From a virus (lineage: Duplodnaviria > Caudoviricetes), in IMG/VR virus record IMGVR_UViG_3300005805_000451, positions 1-25,205 of that record: a stretch of 25,205 bases of DNA, one strand, 5' to 3'. Within the stretch, counting starts at the first letter, position 1, and each line of letters starts with the position of its first letter. The position numbers were made by a program, and so were the translations under genes. The notes beneath the pieces were generated by a model. That model ran no database searches, was not told the origin of the DNA, and saw only the letters and a program-made list of their open reading frames with translations. Below are positions 18,769 to 25,072 of the stretch, piece by piece.

Positions 18769-19194
18769 CTAAAGGTACTCAGACACCGACTTGAGAGTAG
18801 AAGCATTGACATACTCCTGCTCAGTCATTTTGAGAACACGGATTGCCTGCTTGATTTCCGTTGTCTCGCGCTCGTACCTGTGGTCGGCGTATGCCTCAGG
18901 GCACTCAGGCTCTTTTGGAAGTGCTGTCTTTGGCAACTCCATAGTGACCTGAAACTCTGCTGTCTTGCTCTTTGAGTTGGAACTGCTGTACCAACGGTTT
19001 CGGCTTGCTTCCGTGATGACGCCTTTGGTCTTGACGAGTTTGAGGATAGCCAAGTTGTAGGCTTCCTTTGCTTTCTCGTAGGTAGCCATTTCTTTTTCTT
19101 GATTGGCGTAACGCTGTTCGCGCTCTACCAATGCTTTCTCTAATGATGAGATGAGAGTACTCACCTTCACCTTGACGGATATTGACTTGCTCAT
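18769..19194 (-). CDS. hypothetical coiled-coil protein
   Basis: GAAAGG SD below the 19248 promoter. Confidence 0.8.
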   Translation of the reverse strand: MSKSISVKVKVSTLISSLEKALVEREQRYANQEKEMATYEKAKEAYNLAILKLVKTKGVITEASRNRWYSSSNSKSKTAEFQVTMELPKTALPKEPECPEAYADHRYERETTEIKQAIRVLKMTEQEYVNASTLKSVSEYL

Positions 19195-19373
19195 TATGCC
19201 CTGCCTTTCGTAGTAGTTGATTGGGGCAGTAATGACTATACAGTACGCAATACCAGATTTCCAAAATGAAACGGGCAGGGCTTTCCACCACCGTCATCTA
19301 AAGACGGGTACTTGACAAGCCCCCTCGCACCTGCTAGTGCGCCGATTTTTTTTTGAGCGATTTTTTGGTGGGG

Positions 19374-19387
19374 CGAACATATGTTCG
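19374..19387. promoter_or_regulatory. LexA SOS box
   Basis: CGAACATATGTTCG. Confidence 0.75.
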
Positions 19388-19448
19388 GTCAGCCCCGCAG
19401 TGTCGCCAGCGTAGCGGGGCTCATGGAAAAAACTAACTCTTTCGAGTT

Positions 19449-19853
19449 CTAGTCTTTCCACTCCGTTACTACTGGAGTGAGGTCCATTCCCTCTCTGTAC
19501 TTGTTCAGGGAGAGGCTTACATCTGTGTCGAGCGAAGCCTCGAGAGCCATGTTGGCGAAGTGCGCTGTCATGAAGTCGCTCGGAACATTGGTGTCGTAGC
19601 CTTCATCGTCAGCGATACCGACCAGCACAACATCGCCAGCGAGAACTCTGTGGAACAACAAGGAAGCAATGTTGTTTGTAGGCAGGTCGATAAGCAAGCC
19701 TTCATCGTGGACATAGGCAGTAACGCCCATTTCGTAATCGTTCACGCAGTCGAACCAGCCACCAACCAATTCGTGAATAACGGTATGAGCGCCGTCACGC
19801 GGAAGTTCGATAGCGGTTATTTCACCGCTTGTCTTGACAAGTACTGCTTTCAT
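19449..19853 (-). CDS. DUF3846-domain protein
   Basis: LVGGWFDCV...YVHDEGLLIDLPTNNIAS...LAGDVVLVG. Confidence 0.8.
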   Translation of the reverse strand: MKAVLVKTSGEITAIELPRDGAHTVIHELVGGWFDCVNDYEMGVTAYVHDEGLLIDLPTNNIASLLFHRVLAGDVVLVGIADDEGYDTNVPSDFMTAHFANMALEASLDTDVSLSLNKYREGMDLTPVVTEWKD

Positions 19854-20072
19854 AAATTGCCCTCTTTCGTAGTAGTTGGTTTCACTCTACAGGAGCCAAT
19901 ACCAAATTTCCAAAAAATCTGCAGCCCCGGTGGTCGCGCTGCCGGGCTGGACGCAGCAACCCACAAATGCCGCCATTGAGATTGCTGCCGGTTGGTGGCA
20001 GCCGGTAGAACGGGGCTCATAAGTAATAAACATTCGACCCCCACCATTACGGCAGGGGTCGGTGGCTGTTGC

Positions 20073-20360
20073 TTATCGGTAACGCTTCAACCAATCATCG
20101 TCTTTGCCCCACTCGTCGGAGTGAGACGGTACGAGAAAGCTCTTGCCTGTTTCGTGGTCATAGCGGTAGTAATCAAGACGCTTAGAACAGCCGTCAGCGT
20201 TGCACATAAACGGATAGTCGTGTATCTCGTTACAGCCGTTCCAACCGTCGTATTCAGCGTCGGTCTTAGCGCAGTAGTCAGAGCAGTAGTAGTGAACATC
20301 AAGAACATCTACGGCTTCTCCACGCTCGTTGCGTGAGTAAATCTCTACACGGTGTGTCAT
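20073..20360 (-). CDS. hypothetical Cys-containing protein
   Basis: YYCSDYC...C....C; TAATG coupling. Confidence 0.7.
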   Translation of the reverse strand: MTHRVEIYSRNERGEAVDVLDVHYYCSDYCAKTDAEYDGWNGCNEIHDYPFMCNADGCSKRLDYYRYDHETGKSFLVPSHSDEWGKDDDWLKRYR

Positions 20361-20521
20361 TACTTGTACTCCTTTGCAATGAATTCATCTACTGCTTTAT
20401 CCAGTATTTCCAGTAGGTTCTCGTCCTTTGTCTTTGTGTATAGTTCCCACATAGCAACAAAGGTAGCAATTTTGTTTATGCGTGCTTGTTGCTTGTTTCG
20501 CATTATCTCCATCATGTCCAT
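20360..20521 (-). CDS. small hypothetical protein
   Basis: GAAAGGGG SD before ATG 20521. Confidence 0.7.
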   Translation of the reverse strand: MDMMEIMRNKQQARINKIATFVAMWELYTKTKDENLLEILDKAVDEFIAKEYK

Positions 20522-20634
20522 TGGTATCCCCTTTCGTTGGATATGTCCATCGTATAGCACGCGATACCAAATTTCCAAAATCGTATTCAGCCCCGGCATG
20601 GCTGCATGCATTCTTTGCCGCGGAGCTATTTGTG

Positions 20635-20678
20635 AAAAAAGCAGCATCAGCGAGCGTGCTGCCACTCGCTGATGCTGC
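20635..20678 (-). terminator. intrinsic terminator
   Basis: 14-bp stem GCAGCATCAGCGAG/CTCGCTGATGCTGC followed by T6 on the minus strand. Confidence 0.75.
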
Positions 20679-20697
20679 TGGAAGTTCTGAATGAATA

Positions 20698-20883
20698 TCA
20701 GATAGCTTGAATTTCATCGCCCATTCGCGAGTAGCAGCCGTTGCGTGGATGGCTGCCATTCTCGCAGAGTGAGTAGAACGGTACGCCGTAGTAGTTCAGG
20801 TCAATGGAGACAATTCGCCCCACCATTTCTTGACCGTCTAGCTGCCACGACACTTGCTGATTCAGTTCATACTTGACTGACAT
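20698..20883 (-). CDS. small hypothetical protein (SH3-like beta pattern)
   Basis: GAAAGGGG SD before ATG 20883. Confidence 0.7.
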   Translation of the reverse strand: MSVKYELNQQVSWQLDGQEMVGRIVSIDLNYYGVPFYSLCENGSHPRNGCYSRMGDEIQAI

Positions 20884-21032
20884 TTCGTATCCCCTTTCAG
20901 TTGGATACTCATACCCTAGCACATACAATACCAAATTTCCAAAATGTCTAATGCCCAAAACAGCCCCGCGTCGAAGTCAACACATCCGGGGCTATCGAAA
21001 TGAAACGCGCTGCGGATTTGTTTTCAGACGCG

Positions 21033-21067
21033 AAAAAGCCCACCGCACATTTCGCACGGTGGGCTTT
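21033..21067 (-). terminator. intrinsic terminator
   Basis: AAAGCCCACCG...CGGTGGGCTTTTT. Confidence 0.75.
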
Positions 21068-21084
21068 ACTCGAATTGCTGTTAC

Positions 21085-21213
21085 TTATTTCGTTGGCTTA
21101 CCAACTCGAAGCTTGTTTGCCAGCCCTGTTGGGAAGCCAATTTCGCCTCGCTCAACAGCGCCTGTGTTCGACGCTGGTTTGCGCTTTTTCTTTGGCTTGT
21201 TGCTCTCGTTCAT
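21085..21213 (-). CDS. 42-aa basic hypothetical protein
   Basis: GGGGGTG SD; sole ORF between the 21256 promoter and a terminator. Confidence 0.6.
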   Translation of the reverse strand: MNESNKPKKKRKPASNTGAVERGEIGFPTGLANKLRVGKPTK

Positions 21214-21416
21214 ATTCACCCCCATTCCCTTTCGTAAGAGCAACACTACAGTATGCAATACCAAATTTCCAAAAAATATATAGCCCCGCATTATTTGCGG
21301 CAAACAAATATTGCTGCGTTGTTGTTGCGGCAGGCGATTATCGCTGCGCATTCTTTACGAGAAGTGGGTTCTGTTGCCAAGCCCCACTCGGCTCCGTTTG
21401 TTAGACAGTTGGCGGA

Positions 21417-21617
21417 CTACCAGTCAGCGCAGATGCCGCTGTCGTCAATCGCCCAAGCGTCGACGAGTTTGGCATCGTTCTGACGAGCGACATCACGACC
21501 GAAGCGCTTCGCTGCAGTTGCTGCAGAAGCCTTCGTTGTGAAGTAGTCGCACGCAGTCTCTGTCCACTCTCCGCCACGATTATCGTGAACGAGAGCGCAC
21601 AGTGTGTACTCCTTCAT
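21417..21617 (-). CDS. small hypothetical protein
   Basis: GAAAGGGGGTG SD before ATG 21617. Confidence 0.7.
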   Translation of the reverse strand: MKEYTLCALVHDNRGGEWTETACDYFTTKASAATAAKRFGRDVARQNDAKLVDAWAIDDSGICADW

Positions 21618-21741
21618 TTGTTCACCCCCTTTCAAGAAGTGTGGTTCGAGCGGTTCTCGAACGCAGTATCACCTTAGTACACGCAATACCAAATTTCCAA
21701 AATAGTGGTTTCTGTTGCCAAGTACCACTGGACTCCGTTTG

Positions 21742-21966
21742 TTAGACGGATTGGTTCTCCCACAGACCTCGCGTCTTGTGTCCCACCAATGGATACTCAT
21801 AATTGAGGTATCCGATTGGCAGGTCCGCAGCGTAGCGATTGGTTGCAATGAATGTTTCCATATCAATGCCGCAGCGCTTGAGGTCACGCATGACAGATGT
21901 CAGCAGGTGTGGCTTTATCACACGCTGACGAATCATCTGTCCGTCGTGGAACTGAATAATCATCAT
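21742..21966 (-). CDS. small hypothetical protein
   Basis: GAAAGGGGGTG SD before ATG 21966. Confidence 0.7.
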   Translation of the reverse strand: MMIIQFHDGQMIRQRVIKPHLLTSVMRDLKRCGIDMETFIATNRYAADLPIGYLNYEYPLVGHKTRGLWENQSV

Positions 21967-22123
21967 ATTTTTCACCCCCTTTCAAAGAAGTGTGGTTCAA
22001 GAACGGTTCTCGAACGCACTATGACCTTACTGGACGCAATACCAAATTTCCAAAATAAAGATTGCTCGATTTAGCCCCGCAGCAGAGGCGAATAAGCAGA
22101 TGATTGAAGCGGGGCTCACGTAC

Positions 22124-22152
22124 AAGAAAAGCGACCCGAAGGTCGCTCTTCC
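22124..22152 (-). terminator. intrinsic terminator with UUCG tetraloop
   Basis: AGCGACC-TTCG-GGTCGCT-TTTCTT. Confidence 0.8.
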
Positions 22153-22173
22153 CGAACTTGCCGACTTGCTGAA

Positions 22174-22455
22174 CTACTTGCCACCTCGTGACTGGTAGTG
22201 CTTCACGGCATCAATGATTGATGTGCAGTAGTCGCCACTCTCACGCACCCAGCCGTAGTCCTCGGTTGCAATCACTGTCCACACTACGAACTTGGCGTGT
22301 GGGTCGTTTGTGACTTCGCAGATGGCAACCCATGATGCGTAGACGATACCGACCATGCGGTCTGATTTTTTCGTGCATGCAATCACTCGCACACCCGATG
22401 CGATTTCCTCGCCGAACTTCAACTCACTTGCTTCGGTCACCTTGATGGTATCCAT
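22174..22455 (-). CDS. hypothetical protein, paralog of 16926..17216
   Basis: GAAAGGGG SD; colinear similarity with 16926..17216. Confidence 0.8.
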   Translation of the reverse strand: MDTIKVTEASELKFGEEIASGVRVIACTKKSDRMVGIVYASWVAICEVTNDPHAKFVVWTVIATEDYGWVRESGDYCTSIIDAVKHYQSRGGK

Positions 22456-22554
22456 GTCGTTCCCCTTTCGTGGGCTTGTTTGTTTGACATTCAATACCTT
22501 ACAGTATGCAATACCAAATTTCCAAAACGGTCAGAGCCAAAATAAGCCCCGGCT

Positions 22555-22719
22555 TTACTCCTCGTCGCCCTCATACTCGTAGTCTGCTGGAGAGTAGTCA
22601 TACCTGTCGGGATTAGCCCTGTACTCCTCACGGTACTCCTCTGTGGTCTTGCCAGTACGACATGCTTCCGCTTCTTGCTTCATGTCATGCATGAGGTTGC
22701 TGTCAAAGTAATCGCTCAT
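22555..22719 (-). CDS. 54-aa acidic hypothetical protein (not in ORF track)
   Basis: ATGA overlap, GGGAG SD; MSDYFDSNLMHDMKQEAEAC... Confidence 0.65.
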   Translation of the reverse strand: MSDYFDSNLMHDMKQEAEACRTGKTTEEYREEYRANPDRYDYSPADYEYEGDEE

Positions 22720-22883
22720 CTCATACTCCCTGCATACATTCTGTCCTGTAGGTCTGCGTGGTGGTAATCACATAGCGAGACAGTGATAATTCCACTCTCG
22801 TATTGGCGTACAGTGCCACCGCATTTATCTGCGGTATCTGCATTGGTGTTGAGTTCTCTGCATTGAGTTGTTGGTGTATTCAC
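22716..22883 (-). CDS. 55-aa Cys/His hypothetical protein (not in ORF track)
   Basis: AAGGA SD, GTG start; C...C...LCDYHH. Confidence 0.6.
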   Translation of the reverse strand: MNTPTTQCRELNTNADTADKCGGTVRQYESGIITVSLCDYHHADLQDRMYAGSMR

Positions 22884-22885
22884 GA

Positions 22886-23074
22886 TTATTCCTTTCCTTG
22901 AATTGCGCTTGCCATTCTAATCGCCAACGTGACTTTCTGATTTTCTGTAAGCCTCTCGCTGTTGAGCATGGCTACAAGACGATTTATCTCCCACTCGTAG
23001 CGTGACAGGCGAGTGTCAAGCATTTTCAGTGCGAAGTCGTCTGATGATATTTCGTTTTCGTTTTCATCGTACAT
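22886..23074 (-). CDS. small hypothetical protein
   Basis: GAAAGGGG SD below the 23123 promoter. Confidence 0.75.
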   Translation of the reverse strand: MYDENENEISSDDFALKMLDTRLSRYEWEINRLVAMLNSERLTENQKVTLAIRMASAIQGKE

Positions 23075-23171
23075 TGCTATCCCCTTTCAAGAGATTATCT
23101 GTTGGTATAAGTATAGGGTACGCAATACCAAATTTCCAAATTACAAAATTAGCCCCGGGATTCCGGGTGGA

Positions 23172-23387
23172 CTAGTTGCTGTTCTTTAGTGCCCTTACCA
23201 TTCTCTGTATCTTTTTGGCGGCAGGGCTGTCTAGTTGAGTTACGCAATAACCAAGCTCATCTAGCTTGTCAAAAAACCCCCACCAGTCTATTCGTTCCTC
23301 ATTGGCATACCAGTCGTCATACAGTGACTCCACTAGCTCAATGCAGGCATCAGTAATGTCGCTTGCCTCAACAATGTTCACCGACAT
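23172..23387 (-). CDS. small hypothetical protein
   Basis: starts 2 nt after the upstream stop; start uncertain. Confidence 0.7.
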   Translation of the reverse strand: MSVNIVEASDITDACIELVESLYDDWYANEERIDWWGFFDKLDELGYCVTQLDSPAAKKIQRMVRALKNSN

Positions 23388-23389
23388 AC

Positions 23390-23575
23390 TCAAAATGCCC
23401 AACCGTCTGCTCGTACACGCTCCCCAAAGTAGTGAGTGTCAATAATGTCATTGACGCTTCCGTTCTTTTTGAGTACTTGGGAAAACTTACAGAACTGACA
23501 ACCTGCGAACGACCGACTCCCCTTTACGGGTCTGCCCTCAAGACCGCTGCCCTCACACTTGACTCTTTTTTCCAT
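23390..23575 (-). CDS. small Cys/His hypothetical protein
   Basis: GAAAGGGG SD; CEGSG...CQFC...H. Confidence 0.7.
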   Translation of the reverse strand: MEKRVKCEGSGLEGRPVKGSRSFAGCQFCKFSQVLKKNGSVNDIIDTHYFGERVRADGWAF

Positions 23576-23782
23576 TTTGTTATCCCCTTTCATTGGATAC
23601 CAACAACTTACAGCATGAAATACCAAATTTCCAAATTGAACAACAAGCCCCGGGGACCGGACGCTGCTTACCGGTAAATATTCCGTCCGGACCAAATAAT
23701 GCCGGGAATGAAGCGGGGCTCTCGGCCAAATAAGTGGCGCAGGTTTCCCCACGCCACCTAATCGGTTGGGATTACTTAGCGA

Positions 23783-24085
23783 CTAATCGGCGTCGTAGTA
23801 ATCTTCAGGGTTGTCGCACCATGCGTCTAGGTGGTGGCCTTCAATAATTGCCCACGCAGGCGCACTGGTGTTGCCTCGCCACAATACGCCGTCAGGCAAT
23901 TCAATTAGTTCATCGCCGTTGAAGTTGGCGTTATAACTATCTATCGCCTTTACGCACACTTCCACCATTGTTAGCGGTACTGGTGGATAGTGATTACTTT
24001 GCAGGTGAATTGCTAGGGCATTGTCAATAGTAAGCCCGTACTCATCGCCGTTGTCGGCTAAGTCTCTCGCCATTGTGTTACCCAT
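23783..24085 (-). CDS. hypothetical protein
   Basis: TGATG coupling; HLQSNHYPPVP...HHLDAW. Confidence 0.8.
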   Translation of the reverse strand: MGNTMARDLADNGDEYGLTIDNALAIHLQSNHYPPVPLTMVEVCVKAIDSYNANFNGDELIELPDGVLWRGNTSAPAWAIIEGHHLDAWCDNPEDYYDAD

Positions 24086-24360
24086 CAGCGCACACTCTCA
24101 TTCCAAATAGCCTCATGCGTACAGTGTTCGCATAAGTTCACTTCATCGTCTTCATCGGCTCGCAGGTATTCAGTGAAGTAGATAGTGAGACTATCCTCAC
24201 TCTCGTAGTCACTCCAGCCAACCGTGTTGCCACACTCTTTGCACTCACGTTCATTCAACTGCAATTCATCGTGCCAGTCGTTGTAACGCTCTTGCGTGAT
24301 TACAGTTGGCGCAAATTCAGGCGCACTTGTAATCCACCTGTCTAATGCTCTCATATCCAT
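24085..24360 (-). CDS. Zn-finger-like hypothetical protein
   Basis: AAGGGGG SD before ATG 24360; CKEC...CEHC. Confidence 0.7.
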   Translation of the reverse strand: MDMRALDRWITSAPEFAPTVITQERYNDWHDELQLNERECKECGNTVGWSDYESEDSLTIYFTEYLRADEDDEVNLCEHCTHEAIWNESVR

Positions 24361-24592
24361 ATTGCCCCCTTCAGGACTGTAGTAGTTGGAGTTGGTGGGA
24401 GCCTGTCGGGAGACTTTGGTAATCCCCCGATTAGCGTTATGTGACACTCTTCAGTCCCACCAACAATGAATACCTTACAGTATCCAATACCAAATTTCCA
24501 AACTGCGACTGGCCACCCTGCGCCTTCAAGAGCGTGGTTTGAGCCCCGCATGCCAACTGTCTTGGGTGTTGGAGTGGCGGGGCTATAAAGCC

Positions 24593-24626
24593 AAAAAAGT
24601 CGAGCAACCGATTGGCTGCCCGACTT
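24593..24626 (-). terminator. intrinsic terminator (near-duplicate at about 25037-25069)
   Basis: AAGTCGGGCAGCC-AATC-GGTTGCTCGACTTTTTT. Confidence 0.75.
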
Positions 24627-24647
24627 CTCGGAGGGTTTTACTGGCGC

Positions 24648-24884
24648 TTACTGCTGGAGTTTGTACAACTCGTAAATCCAGCCAGTGCCACCGCCGTAGT
24701 GCCACTTCTCACCAATGCGGTTCTTCATTTCGTAAAGCGCGTCATCCAACATGTAGATGGCACCTTCGCCTTCTTCGCTCTCGAGGTTCCTGAGCATCTC
24801 AGTCATCTCGTCGAGCAAGGTCCTGAGTTCTTGGGCGATTTCCCCAACACTCATTGCCTTGTCCTCCTCCAACATTTCATCCAT
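24648..24884 (-). CDS. small acidic hypothetical protein
   Basis: AAGGGG SD below the 24956 promoter. Confidence 0.75.
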   Translation of the reverse strand: MDEMLEEDKAMSVGEIAQELRTLLDEMTEMLRNLESEEGEGAIYMLDDALYEMKNRIGEKWHYGGGTGWIYELYKLQQ

Positions 24885-24904
24885 TACTTTCCCCTTTGTT
24901 CGAA

Positions 24905-24920
24905 TGTTCCACGTGGAACA
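24905..24920. other. parS-type centromere palindrome
   Basis: TGTTCCACGTGGAACA matches the bacterial parS consensus TGTTNCACGTGNAACA; palindrome extends to 20 bp. Confidence 0.65.
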
Positions 24921-24998
24921 TTTGGTTTTCCTTACGAGACCAATACTAGTACACCCAATACCAAATTTCCAAATTGAAAAATAGCCCCGGCTTGGGGG

Positions 24999-25012
24999 CG
25001 AACATATGTTCG
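24999..25012. promoter_or_regulatory. LexA SOS box
   Basis: CGAACATATGTTCG. Confidence 0.7.
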
Positions 25013-25072
25013 TTAATGAAGCGAGGCTATAAAACTAAAATGTCGGGCAACCGATTTGGCTACCCGACACTT

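Larger units (their letters stand above)
8830..24973 (-). repeat. 24 dispersed copies of a promoter repeat TTTGGAAATTTGGTATTN-N7-TANNNT
   Basis: + strand 18-mer (c)aataccaaatttccaaa starts at 8843, 8901, 9790, 11701, 12705, 13265, 14673, 15482, 16257, 17259, 17901, 18624, 19248, 19897, 20562, 20926, 21256, 21684, 22037, 22509, 23123, 23618, 24485, 24956; all intergenic and upstream of minus-strand ORFs. Confidence 0.92.

Noticed and set aside
2160-19296. GGTGGTGG as a Chi-like recombination octamer
   Set aside because: Conservation extends to 13-14 bp and copies cluster at promoters or starts, which fits an operator better; not fully excluded
8843-24973. CRISPR array reading of the 18-bp repeat
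   Set aside because: Spacing is irregular (58 to about 1900 bp), intervals hold full ORFs, every copy has a positioned -10, and no cas genes are present
9667-24984. Recurring peptides IPNFQ, LEIWY, FGNLV and TKFPK in many track ORFs
   Set aside because: They are translations of the promoter repeat in shadow frames or over-extended 5' ends, not a protein repeat family
13386-25028. Canonical integron attC sites
   Set aside because: No consistent RYYYAAC/GTTRRRY cores, interiors do not pair, and no integrase is in the window; kept only as an analogy
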